Source: Octopus vulgaris
Lineage: Eukaryota
Assembly (NCBI GenBank): GCA_951406725.2
Contig: OX597837.1
Coordinates: 34,534,001 to 34,598,000, forward strand
DNA: 64,000 bases
Direction: 5' to 3'
The position numbers were made by a program, and so were the translations under genes. The notes under the pieces are model-generated. The model made no database searches and was not told where the DNA came from. It saw only the letters and a list, made by a program, of their open reading frames with translations. Shown here piece after piece: positions 41,847-54,407 of the stretch (position 1 is the first letter of the stretch; each line of letters opens with the position of its first letter).

Positions 41847-42157
41847 GGGTCACAGAATACACTGACTTTCAACATGTGACACCATACATCATATAAAAAC
41901 ACATATTTATTTAATTCTGTTATACAATACAAATTCAAATTTGATGCTAAACAACTAGTGAAGGATGGGGTGGAGACAATAACAAATAACGCACTAATGG
42001 AAAATGAGTTTGTGGGTGTCGGTTGGTTCTTTGAGATTAAGAGAAGTCTAACATTAACAGTATTAGTTATCAGAACACAAACATTTGGCTCTGTTCACTG
42101 AGGGAGGAACTAAAGCTAACAGATATTTATTCCATTATTTACTGGTTTCAAGCCCAG

Positions 42158-42490
42158 GACTGTGGTTGTGCTGGGGTACCATCTATGGAGGGTTTTAGTT
42201 ACTGGACTGTGGACAGGGTTAGGGTACTACCTTTGGAGGTTTGAATCACTGGACTGTGGCCATGCTGGAGTGCTGCCCTCGAGGGTTTTAGTTGTTGTAC
42301 TGTGGCCATGCTGGAGTATTGCCCTTGAGAGTTTTCGTCATTGGACTGTGGCCATGCTAGAGTACTGGCCTCGGTGTTTTTAGCCACTGAAGTGTGGCCA
42401 TGTTGGGGTATTACTTTTAATGGTTTCAGTCTCTGGACTGTGGCCACGCTGGGGTACTGCTCTCAAGGGTTTTAGTTACTGGAACATGGC
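42158..42490. repeat. About 40-bp minisatellite derived from the SINE-A tail
   Basis: About 8 units like ggactgtggccatgctggagtactgcc...ggttttag. Confidence 0.75.
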
Positions 42491-43479
42491 AATGTGGAAT
42501 TGAACCTGGAATTCCACAGTTGCAAAATGCCTGTCTAAACCACCTACAATTATTTTATTTCTTTGCTGCCCACAAGGGGCTATACACAGAGGGGACAAAC
42601 AAGGACAGACAAACGGATTAAGTCGATTATATCGACCCCAGTGCGTAACTGGCACTTATTTAATCGACCCCGAAAGGATGAAAGCAAAGTCGACCTCAGT
42701 GGAATTTGAACTCAGAACGTAACGGCAGACGAAATGCCGCTTAGCATTTCGCCCAGCATACTAATGTTTCTGCCAGCTCGCCGCCCAGGTTACAATCAAC
42801 TGCATTCAAGCTAGGACACCACCTTCAAAGGGTTAGGGAAGTTTACCATCACTACTTATTTTATCATTAATATCAAAGGGTTGGATTGCAGAGTAGGCTT
42901 GTGTAGGGTTTGAACTCAGATTGCCAATTGCCTTAACCAAATACAACCAGATATTTTTACCCAGCGCTCTACTAACTCTGCCACCCATCTACTATGTTGG
43001 TTTTACAGGTGTTAAAAAGAAATTAAAAAAAAAAGCCTGCTGTGTCCAGGGTGGAGATTTAATCACTGTATATGGTATTTCTGCAGGTGGGATGGGAGGG
43101 GAGTTAGTAGGACAGGTAGATGTTTGGTGTGAAGTGTGTGGTGTGAGGTGTGTGATGTGTGTGTTTGTGTGTGTGTGTGCGTGTGCAGGTAGGGGTGGTG
43201 GTGGTGGTGGTTAGTTCTTATTGTTATTCAGTAGTGAAGTCGACAACAATACAGGCTCAGGTGCAATTATTTGGTCTAATTGGACATTTCTAAGTCGTTG
43301 GTGTTAAGTTTTTACCTTCATTGTGTTGATCGACTCTTTCCGTTTTGCCTAGAGTTCCACCAAAATGGAAAAGATTAACAATGAGAGACAAAGAGAGACA
43401 AAGAGAAAGAGAGACAAAGAGGAAGACAAACAGAGAGGAAGAGAGAGACACAGAGTGAGTTAATTGGAGAAACATCAAT

Positions 43480-43579
43480 TAAGTGTGTTTGTGTGAATGC
43501 TTGTACCTGTGTGTGTGTATATGTGCATGTTTGTATGTGTATATGTATATGCTTAGGTGTTTATATGTATGTACCTGTG

Positions 43580-43614
<35 letters not shown>

Positions 43615-43665
43615 ATATATTTGTGCTTGAGCATGTATATGTGTTTGTGTTTGTTTGTATGTATG

Positions 43666-43710
<45 letters not shown>

Positions 43711-43783
43711 GTGTGTGTGCGTTTGTTTGTGTGCTTGTATGTGTATATGTATATGCTTACGTGTTTATATGTTTGTACCTGTG

Positions 43784-43823
<40 letters not shown>

Positions 43824-43877
43824 CTTGTGTGTATATATTTGTGCTTGTGCATGTATATGTGTGTTTGTGCTTGTATG

Positions 43878-43914
<37 letters not shown>

Positions 43915-43950
43915 ATTTGTTTGTGTGCTTGTATGTGTAAATGTGTGTAT
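43480..43950. repeat. Compound (TG)n/(TA)n microsatellite with higher-order duplication
   Basis: Read directly from the sequence; it accounts for the overlapping CVCV/HTHT ORFs. Confidence 0.9.
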
Positions 43951-44223
43951 TTGATGAACAAAAGCATTGATGATGGAAATAGGATGTGTGCAACATCTGC
44001 TGCGGTGCCTAACACAAGTACAAATTGTAGTCCTTGAATAAAGATCATAAGATTATGATATTGTAGATGTATGTGTACGTGTACGTAAATATGCATGTGT
44101 GTGTCTGGGGGGGGGGGGTAATCTTTATATTTACATCCTTTTCTAGTTTCACATTCTTCTCCATGTTCATATTAACCCCTTTTTTGATACCAAGCCTGCT
44201 AAAAATGACCTCTGGTTTTAGCT

Positions 44224-44380
44224 GAAGAATGGACAAAAATTCCTTTGGAAAAAATTCAAACTTTGTACAAGTCCATACCTCGTAATATTGAAGCTGTAAT
44301 TACTGCCAAAGGCGATCCTACCCCATCTTAAATTAATTTGTTTGAAATTTTAAGGCGTTTCCATTATTTTGTCCAACCCC

Positions 44381-44382
<2 letters not shown>
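44224..44382 (+). mobile_element. Tc1-like transposase C-terminus and right end
   Basis: Encodes EEWTKIPLEKIQTLYKSIPRNIEAVITAKGDPTPS*, followed by a TIR-like tattttgtccaacccctg. Confidence 0.75.
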
Positions 44383-44417
<35 letters not shown>

Positions 44418-44419
<2 letters not shown>

Positions 44420-44690
44420 TGATCTCATTCTTGCTCACAACATCATAAGCGGAAAGTGTAACCTCTCGAAAGAGCTATTCTTCACTCCTGCTCCAGAGCA
44501 TCGGCTGCGGGGTCACTCCGAAAAGCTCTATCTGCGACGATTTCATCTCAATCGAAGGAGAGGGGCTTTCTCCGGCCGGGTTGCGGATCCGGATCCGTGG
44601 AATAAGCTGCCGCACGAGATAGTGAAGATGCCAACGACCGCTCGGTTCAAAGTCTCTCTTGACCACAAGTGGCCTGAACTCTTTACATGA
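44418..44690 (+). mobile_element. CR1-clade LINE ORF2 C-terminal fragment (second family)
   Basis: Open frame GDLILAHNIISGKCNLSKELFFTPAPEHRLRGHSEKLYLRRFHLNRRRGAFSGRVADPDPWNKLPHEIVKMPTTARFKVSLDHKWPELFT*. Confidence 0.85.
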
Positions 44691-44926
44691 ACACCACCCT
44701 CTCCACGCCACCAGTGTTATCCAAGGGAAAGGCAAAGGGGCCAATACAGCTTGGCACCAGTGACATCACAACTCATTTCTACAGTTGAGGGAACTGGACC
44801 AACATAAAATAAAGTGTTTTGCTCAAGAACACAACACACATCCCGGTCCGGGAATCGAACTCACTACCTCACGATTGTAAACCTGACGCTCTAACCACTG
44901 AGCCATGCACCTTCACTATATAAGCA

Positions 44927-44962
<36 letters not shown>

Positions 44963-45134
44963 CACATATATATACACACACACATTAGTAGTACTAGTTG
45001 GCAAGGGATTTTAGTTAAGATCACATGTCAAACTAAAACAATTATGTTGTTTTAGAGTTACAATAGCTATTTAAAATATGTATGTGTATATACACACACA
45101 TATATATCACGTGCATATATATATATATATATAC

Positions 45135-45345
45135 AGTTAATTCAAACATGAAAGCACAAAAAAACACAACAACGCGAGGACGTGGAACAAATATAGTATT
45201 ATTGGACGCTCAGGAAAGAAGTAAAGAAGGAGGGTTTAACGTTTCGAGCGGAGCTCTTCGTCAGAAACATAGGAGAAGGAAAGATCCAGAGAAGGGAAGA
45301 CAGAGGAAAAAAAAAAATCGCTAACAGTACACACGTGGTCACATG
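45135..45345 (-). mobile_element. About 200-bp element carrying a minimal hammerhead motif (Penelope pLTR-like)
   Basis: Three copies (also about 50488-50695 and 60781-60968), each starting next to a (TA)n tract. Confidence 0.75.
45234..45268 (-). ncRNA. Minimal type I hammerhead ribozyme motif
   Basis: Minus strand reads GUUU-CUGACGA-A-GAGC(UCC)GCUC-GAAAC-GUU|AAAC: 4-bp stem I, 4-bp stem II and palindromic ACGU stem III. Confidence 0.68.
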
Positions 45346-46739
45346 TATATATACACATACACACAAACAATGTTTGAGAAACAGAGAATGCATGTGTATG
45401 CATGTACGACTACATGATTATTTTATGTTATTTTGTAACATAGGCGCATGAGTGGCTGTGTGGTAAGTAGCTTGCTAACCAACCACATGGTTCCAGGTTC
45501 AGTCCCACTGCGTGGCATTTTGGGCAAGTGCCTTCTGCTATAGCCCCGAGCCGACCAATGCCCTGTGAGTGGATTTGGTAGACGGAAACTGAAAGAAGCC
45601 TGTCGTATATATGTATATATATGTGTGTGTGTTTGTGTTTGTCCCCCTAGCATTGCTTGACAACCGATGCTGGTGTGTTTACGTCATTTAGCGGTTCGGC
45701 AAAAAAGAGACCAATAGAATAAGTACTGGGCTTACAAAGAATAAGTCCCGGGGTCGATTTGCTCGACTAAAGGCAGTGCTCCAGCATGGCCGCAGTCAAA
45801 TGACTGAAACAAGTAAAAGAGAGTAAAAGAGTATATCAAGTTATAAGCTGCTTCATCAACCATTTCCACTCACACACTATTCAACAATATCTAGCTACAC
45901 AGACATTTGGGATGGTCATGGAAGGAGCATCTTCCCCAACACCACTGCTTAATAAGTGTTGGCGTACATCTAAATGAAGGGAACATCAAGCCCATGCACC
46001 GCACCCGTTAACCTGTTTGGTGACCCTCTGGGCAGCATTAAGGACGGAGATGGCACAAAAACCTTCTGGGTTTCAAATACTCCTGAAGACGACACGGCCA
46101 TTAAGTCATCCTGGGGTTGGTAAAAACTGGAAGCAAGGGACTGATAGAACCAGTTGCTGTATATCATCATCATCACCATCGTTTAATGTCCGTTTTCCGC
46201 GCTAGCACGGGTTGGACGGTTCGACCGGGGTCTGGGGAGCCAGGGGCTGCTCCAGGCTCCAGTCTGATCTGGCAGTGTTTCTACAGCTGGATGCCCTTCC
46301 GAACGCCAACCACTCCGCGAGTGTAGTGGGTGCTTTTTACGTGCCACCTGCACAGGTGCCAGAGGGGTCTGGCACCGGCCATCTGGTGTGTAAAAGATTG
46401 GAGAGGGGGGAATTTGTGGTAATGTTATGCAAATCATCACCAGCATCATCACCATTGTCATCATAAGGGCAGAGCATTACATGAATGGCGTTCACAGGTC
46501 AAACCCCAGCCTGGTCAGTTGTCCCTCTTGGCCAATGAGACAAATAAAAGGCACCAACTTTAACAATTCCCCACTACAAGTTTGTATCTAAAAAAATAAA
46601 ACTCTTCCTTTTCTTCTTCTTCTTATTATTATAATCAAGGCAGCAAAAAAATAAAAAAAACAAAAAATTTTTTTTAATGGCGGTGCCCCAGCATGGCCAC
46701 AGCTCATGAGCTGAAACTGGAAAAATCAAATCAAAAATC

Positions 46740-46920
46740 AAAAGCTGGTAGAGTTAGCTCTCTATCTTCTGAGTTCAAATGCCACCAAGGTCAACCTTGC
46801 CTTCCATTCTTTCAGGGGTCAACAAAATAAACATCAGTTGAGCAATGGGGTTGGTGTAACTGAGATGCCCCTTCCCTCAAAATTTCAGACCTTGTGCCAA
46901 AATTAGCTATCATGGTGATG

Positions 46921-46968
<48 letters not shown>

Positions 46969-47197
46969 TTAATTCTTTCAGCTAAAGGCACAAAGCCTAA
47001 CATTTTGAGGGTTGGGTGGGGTGGTGGTGGTGGTTAATCGATTACATTGACCCCATTGTTCCACTGGTACTACCCCAAAAGGACAAAAGGCTAAGTTGAC
47101 CTTGGCAGAATTTGAACAACTCAGAATTTGAAGATGGATGAAAAGCCACCAAGCAATTTGCCCAGCATGCTAACATTTTTGCAAGCTTGCCACCTTG

Positions 47198-47233
<36 letters not shown>

Positions 47234-47439
47234 GTAATAATAATAATAATAATGATGATGATGTCAAAATTTGGCACAAGGCTAGCAATTTAAAGGGAGG
47301 GGTAAGTTGATTACATTGACCCCAGAAAGGATAAAAAGCAAAATCGACCGTGGCAGAATTTGAACTCAGAATGTGAAGATGGATGAAAAGCCGCCAAGCA
47401 TTTTGCCCAGCATGCTAACATTTTTGCCAGCTTGCCACC

Positions 47440-47489
<50 letters not shown>

Positions 47490-47612
47490 CATAATAATAA
47501 TAGTGTCAAAATTTGGCACAAGGCTAGCAATTTCAAAGGAGGGGTAAGCTGATTACATTGACCCCAGAAAGGATAAAAAGCAAAATCGACCTTGGCAGAA
47601 TTTGAACTCAGA
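46740..47612. mobile_element. Cluster of family-B-related SINE derivatives including a ~250-bp tandem duplication
   Basis: About 47100-47350 is repeated at about 47345-47612, with (TAA)n spacers. Confidence 0.75.
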
Positions 47613-47870
47613 ACAATAGTAATAAGTGTAATAATTGGTGCATTGGGAACTGTGTCTAAAGATATAGACAAATGGTTGAAGAAGATCGGAACAGAATGCC
47701 CTGTAGAGCTTCTACAGAAAGGATGCCTCTTAGGGCCGGGAAAGATTATCAGGAGGGTTCTAGGCACTTGAAAGACTATTGAAAGCTTGTGCATACCTAA
47801 GGTTACAGGTAGTAACCCACCACCCACAAAAATCCTGCCAGGAATAAGAACAAACCTGAGTCAAATCAAA
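47610..47870 (+). mobile_element. 3' end of restriction-like-endonuclease non-LTR retrotransposon (R4/Dong/Hero-like)
   Basis: Encodes RTIVISVIIGALGTVSKDIDKWLKKIGTECPVELLQKGCLLGPGKIIRRVLGT* (47610-47771), the typical IGALG...LQK..LLG..ILR terminus. Confidence 0.78.
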
Positions 47871-48439
47871 TAAAAGTATTAGATAGGATTCGATAGCTGT
47901 AAAGAACAGACAACATGGTACCATCGGCTGCAGGCAGCGAGCCTGCTACACATGCAAGACTCAAGGAGTTACAATAAAACTCAAGATAAAAAGAAAAATA
48001 TTAATTCTTTCTACTATAGGTACAAGGCCAGAAATTTTTGGGGAGGGGACGAGACAATTATATCAACCCCAGTGTTTCACTGGTGCTTGGTTTATCGACC
48101 CCGAAGGGATGTAAGGCTAAGTTGGCCTTGGCGGAATTTGAACAAGAAAAAAATAATAATAATAATTATTATTATTATTAGTGTTGTTGTTGTTATTGTT
48201 AGGGTGGTGGATTGGCAGAATCTTTTGAATATCAGACAAAATTTCATGAAGTATTTCTTCTGGCACTTTATGGCCCTGAATTGAAATTCTGTCGGGGTGA
48301 ACTTTGCCTTTCATCCATCAAGTGCTGATAGAACGAATCAAGGACTAGGATTGAATAAAACTACTCTCTTCAAACATTGCAGGCCTTGTGCCTAAATCAG
48401 AAACAATTATTATTACTGTTATTATTAGAAACTGTAATT

Positions 48440-49007
48440 ATCATTATTATTATTATTGAGAGAGCGGTGCATGTCATCAAAGTGACACTGGGGTAAAATA
48501 TACGAAGTCCAGTATACCCATCATGACTACCTGTTCGATAAGGGTACACCAAGCCCATGCATCACAACCATATGTGCGCGACATGGTGATCTCATATCAA
48601 GATAAACAGTGCATGACCTTGCAGGTGGGGCCCAGTTAGAATTTTCTTCAGGTCAATTAGTCCATTACACTCAAAAGGTCCCCGAATAAGAATTGCTTAA
48701 GGATGTTGAACAAAACACCCATGTTTCCAGAGGTGAATTTTTCAAACCCCAAAGAATTCCTCTCAACACATGGCAATGATGCTCCCCCACTACATCTTCT
48801 CGTGATCAGGGATGCACATATTGTCAGACACCGAGGGACATGCTCAACTGGTTATGGTCGAACAACTGACATGCAAACCTGTGGTAGTGAGCAGAATATT
48901 TGCTGTAGCCCATCTTTTATACCAAAACAAAACTATGTACACGATAACACTTCCAATCTGTTAAGATCAGAAGTCATGAAAGCCACTGCCTGATACTGCA
49001 TCAGGGT
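48440..49007 (-). mobile_element. Probable retroposon of unassigned family with (AAT)n tail
   Basis: A higher-GC ~550-bp block that ends in a triplet tail on the minus strand. It is a single copy in this window. Confidence 0.4.
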
Positions 49008-49286
49008 TCATTCTTTCATATATAAAATAAGTACCAGTTGGGGCCTGGGGTGGGGGTGATATTTCAATGTCAATGACTTACCGTCTTCTAAAATTTGTAA
49101 CCATGTGCCTTAATCAGAAACCATTATTTCCCTCCTCCTCCTCCTCCTCCACCTACTACTACTACTACTGTTATTGTTATTCTATTGAGGGTCTGAAAAT
49201 TGTGTTTTTGAATTTGCGGGAAGAAAATCTATAAATTTCCTCCCCCTTTTTTTTAAAACTCCATCCATGACCTGATAGAGTAAATA

Positions 49287-49427
49287 TTAGGTTGTCCCAA
49301 AAGTTCGTAAACACTTGCGAAAATTGAATTTTTACTCGCCAAGTACAAACAAAAACAACAAAAATTATTCCTCAAAATAAAGACCATTATTTTCCAAGAC
49401 TTTCTACGAACTTTTGGGACAACCTTA
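49287..49427. mobile_element. mariner-like MITE
   Basis: TA|ttaggttgtcccaaaagttcgta ... tacgaacttttgggacaacctta|TA, i.e. 23-bp TIRs with 1 mismatch. Confidence 0.85.
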
Positions 49428-49572
49428 TAGTAAGCACTAACTTAACACATTTCAGTATTCCTTTCATTCATGCCGGAATACGAAGAAAATAATTAGAACA
49501 AGAGGTGCCAACATTTTCTAACTACCAGAGAATCTAGGCTTAAATACTACACACACACACACACACACACAA

Positions 49573-49611
<39 letters not shown>

Positions 49612-49962
49612 CCCAAAGTTTTCTATAGAGATGGTAGTGGTGGTGGTGATGGTGGTAGTGGTTAACTAACAAAAACAAAGAATCCTGCCCCTCACCCCCA
49701 CCTCTGCTTTCTCTTTCTCTTCTCCATGCTGCAGGAGGAAGGAAGAGGAGGCGGCAGGCAGGGTGGGGGTGGAACAGCACTGTGGAAGGAACTAGTGAGC
49801 AACTGTTGAGAAAGTTTCTCGAAACATAAGGAGACTGACTGTGTTTATTGCTAGAGGAAGAAGTGGAGTGGGGGGAGAGTGAGTGAGGGGGAGGGGGGAG
49901 ACCCAGAAAGAAATTATTACTGTGGATTGTGTGTGTGTGTGCCTATATATATATATAAAGCA

Positions 49963-50029
49963 TATTACTCTACCACTGGTATTTGAGTACTCTTTTTTCC
50001 ACCTTGTTTCACATTTATGTGTTTACTCC

Positions 50030-50066
<37 letters not shown>

Positions 50067-50422
50067 AAATTCAGGGTGAATACTTGATAAATGTAAGCAC
50101 CTGTATATGCCAGCTAGTGGCATAGGTGATTTTTTTTCATTTACTTCATCTGAAACATATATATATTTTATTTTATATATCTTATATATATACTATTTAT
50201 ATACACCAGAGTAGGCACATAAATGTGAAACAAGGTGGAAAAAAAATAGTATACCGGAGGGAGAATATTATGCTTTATTATTAAAGCTGCAAAACATCAC
50301 AAAAACGTGTTACTCAGAGTTTCACGTTCCCATTCGTTGGACAGGACAGTTCTCTGGTAATTAGAAACTGTCCGACGAACAGCAACGTGAAACTCTGAGT
50401 AACAAATTTTTTGTGATGTTTT
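49963..50422. mobile_element. Compound inverted-repeat element with hammerhead-like motif
   Basis: 49963-50033 is inverted relative to about 50203-50268, and 50291-50344 relative to about 50368-50422. The right arm has CCGACGA...GAAACTCTGAGTA. A related fragment lies at about 38436-38552. Confidence 0.65.
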
Positions 50423-50451
50423 TACAATGCTGTGATGTTTTAATAATAAAA

Positions 50452-50492
<41 letters not shown>

Positions 50493-51409
50493 ATCCAAAC
50501 AAGAAAACAAAAAGACAACAACGCAAGGACGGACGTGGAACAAATAAAGTATTATTGGATGCTCAGGAAAGAAGGGAAGAAGGAGGGTTTGATGTTTCGA
50601 GCGGAGCTCTTCGTTGGAAACATAGGAGAAGGAAAGATCCCGAGAAGGGAAGACAGGAAAAAAAAAAATCGCTAGTGATACAGACGAGGTCACATACTAA
50701 ATATATATACATACACCTATATATATATACATACATATATATATATATATATAGGTAAAACTTTGGCAGATGGGTGTATATGGAAATGAACATATGGAAT
50801 AGATAAGCACACATATAGACACACACACACACACAAACACACACATATGTCTATCTAGAGAGATAGATTCATAGATTGAGAGATACGGAGAGTGATAAAC
50901 ATGCATATTAGAACAGACAACCGGTTAAAAGAGATGGAGTTATTGGATAGACATACCGACCGATAGACTGACAGACAGAATGGATAGAGAATGAGTTACG
51001 TTAGACAGGCAGACAAACGGAAGGATGGACAGATGGATGGATAGACGGACAGTCAGACAGACAATGGGACAGGCCCACATCAAGACACATTGCTGTAAAT
51101 ATACACAGAAATAGATGGAAATATATGATAGAGTACAGACCTGTGAGTTGTGAGTCATTTATATCCAGTTTGGCTTATAAGTGAAGATATGGCTTTCATA
51201 TATGTTTTTATATATCTAAATACGTCTTCATATATTTATCTCTCTCTCTACATATGTTTTTATATGTGTTTGTATATAACTGTAAACATATATTTGTTTT
51301 GTGGAGGAGAGAGAGAGTCTTGTGTTGGTATGCGATGCTGTAATGTTTTAGATTTTTTCTTTTAACGTTGTGCTGTCTATATCTATATATATGTATATGT
51401 ACATATATG

Positions 51410-51440
<31 letters not shown>

Positions 51441-51678
51441 TTGTATGTATGTATATTAAATGTATATATATATATATGTTATGTTGTGTTGTGGGGGTCC
51501 CCCACCAAAATGTGGTTCTTCCGCTCTCACTGCTGCCAACAACAGAATTACACCAACATCAAGACAAACATCTGAACGAACAATCAAGTGTCACACATAA
51601 CTCACTCTCTCTCTCTGTCTCTCTGATGCATAGACACATCAGTCAGTCCATCTCTCTCTCTCTCTCTCTAAGCTGGCG

Positions 51679-51840
51679 TGCACACACACACACACACATG
51701 CACACACACATACACACACACACATACACACATGCACACACACATACACACACACATACACATGCACACACACATGCACACACACATACACACACACACA
51801 TACACACACACACATGCACATACACACACACACATGCACA

Positions 51841-51928
<88 letters not shown>

Positions 51929-51962
51929 CACACACACACACACACATGCACACACGCACACA
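51679..51962. repeat. (CA)n microsatellite block
   Basis: Read directly from the sequence. Confidence 0.95.
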
Positions 51963-52260
51963 GATACCCTCTCTCTCAGCTTCTGTTTCACTCCCCATAC
52001 AGATTAACCTTGCTGCCTCCCCTCCACCACAACCTCCACTCCTTTTGACTTCTCTACCCTCATCCCACCCCACCGCCGCATCCCACTCCACCCTTACCTT
52101 CATCTTCATCTTACTTTTTCTACCTCTTTCACCTCTCTCTCTCGCTCTCTCTCACTCCCCCCCCCCATCTCTCAAGCACATCTCGCCCCTAACTTTATTC
52201 CTCTCTCTCTCTCTCACACACACATTTACATCACATTAGCATTCTACTTTTCACATACAT

Positions 52261-52468
52261 CCACCACCACCACCACCACCACCACCACCACCACCACCAC
52301 CGCCACCACCACCACCACCGCGATCACCACCACTATCACCACCACCACCACCGCCATCACCACCACCACCACCACTACCATCACCGCCATCACCACCACC
52401 ACCGCCACCACCACCACCACATACATCCCCCCCACCACCACCACCGCCACCACTGCCGTCGCCGCCAC
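52261..52468. repeat. (CCA)n trinucleotide repeat
   Basis: Read directly from the sequence; it gives the poly-G and poly-V artefact ORFs. Confidence 0.95.
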
Positions 52469-52532
52469 AGTAATTCATTCTTACTGACTCAACACCTCCA
52501 CACTACTCTACTAAACACCTCTCTCTCTCTCT

Positions 52533-52573
<41 letters not shown>

Positions 52574-52734
52574 TCACTCTCTCTCTCTTTCTCTCTCGTC
52601 CCCTCCCTCCTCCCTTCTCTATCTCACCAAACTGATGTATTGCAGCAGCAGCCACAGTCAAAATAACTACATATTTACTTGCATGTGAATTTGTACGTGT
52701 GCACATGTGAGAATGTACATACACACACACATGA

Positions 52735-52767
<33 letters not shown>

Positions 52768-53186
52768 CATACACACACACACACACACGCACATGCATGC
52801 ACGCGTACACATTATTGAGTAATGATATAGATAAGTATTCAATACGAATGTTGAGTGCAATAGCTTATTTATTTAATCTGGTCCAGTGGCCTTAGTAATT
52901 GGCCAGCTGATCGGATTAAACTGTACGCAAGTGTGTGAGTTATGTATACGTATATGTGTATATGTATGTGTATGTATGGATGTATGTGTGTATGTATGTT
53001 ACATGTGGTAATTGCTACTTCTTTGCATAAGAAGGCCATCTCTTGAATTAATAAATGCTGTCATGAGATCTTATATGACTAGCGAGTCCAGCTTTGGACA
53101 AACAGACTCAACAGCAGATGTTATATTTTCAGACAGAAAAGTATCTTGGATTGCATGTTACCTGTGTGTGTGTGTGTGTGTGTGTG

Positions 53187-53217
<31 letters not shown>

Positions 53218-53247
53218 GTATCTATCCACCCATCTATCCACACACTT

Positions 53248-53633
53248 GGAAGCACTCCGTCGGTTGCGACGACGAGGGTTCCGGTTGATCCGAATCAACG
53301 GAACAGCCTGCTCGTGAAATTAACGTGTAAGTGGCTGAGCACTCCACAGACACGTGTACCCTTAACGTAGTTCTCGGGGATTTTCAGCGTGACACAGAGA
53401 GTGACAAGGCCGGCCCTTGAAATACAGGTACAACAGAAACAGGAAGTAAGAGTGAGAGAGAAAGTTGTGGTGAAAGAGTACAGCAGGGATCACCACCATC
53501 CCCTGCCGGAGTCTCGTGTGGAGCTTTTAGGTGTTTTCGCTCAATAAACACTCACAACGCCCGGTCTGGGAATCGAAACCGCGATCCTACGTCCGCGAGT
53601 CCGCTGCCCTAACCACTGGGCCATTGCGCCACC
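53248..53633 (-). mobile_element. tRNA-derived SINE family D
   Basis: Full-length copy with TSD ctatccacacac. Confidence 0.9.
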
Positions 53634-54307
53634 ACTATCCACACACACACACATGCACACACACACACACACACACACATACAGTGAATGTATTATCATC
53701 ATTTTAACGTCCACGTTCCATGCTGGCATGGGTTAGATGGCTCGGCAGAATCCAAGGACTGCCTCCTGCTTCAATGTCTGCTTTGGCAGGGTTCTTATAG
53801 CTGGATGCATCAACCACTCTGCAGCATGTATTGAGTACTTTTTCCATGACACTAATGCTATTGAGGTCACCATGCAGCTGACAAGACCACGGATCCTGTG
53901 GGAGAGGAGGGGGGTTGGCTTTATGCCATGAGATGAGAGGTTAGAGTATGAGAGAAGAGGATGGGGTGGACAACAGACCCAGTTCTTCTAAGGGAAGAGC
54001 TGCATGGCTACTTACATTTAGTAGGGGAGGAGAAAATGAACAGAAGGAGATGCAAAGAGTCAGATATGAGATGAAGAGTCAAAGTATAAATAAATACCAC
54101 AAGAAATTCAGTCTGATGTCTTTACAGTTTATACAGTTCTCCTACAGGCAAAGGAGTGGCTGTGTGGTAAGTAGCTTGCTTACGAACCACATGGTTCCAG
54201 GTTCAGTCCCACTAATGGCACCTTGGGTAAGTGTCTTCTACTATAGCTTCAGGCCGATTAAAGCCTTGTGAGTGGATCTGGTAGACGGAAACTGAAAGAA
54301 GCCCGTC

Positions 54308-54407
<100 letters not shown>

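Noticed and set aside
42158-42490. CRISPR-like regular repeats
   Set aside because: Eukaryotic context, diverged tandem units without unique spacers, SINE-derived, and no cas genes.
43479-44096. 184-205 aa overlapping ORFs
   Set aside because: Compound (TG)/(TA) microsatellite with no protein-like content.
51368-52478. Long ORFs with HTHT, CVCV, poly-G or poly-V
   Set aside because: They are translations of (CA)n and (CCA)n microsatellites.
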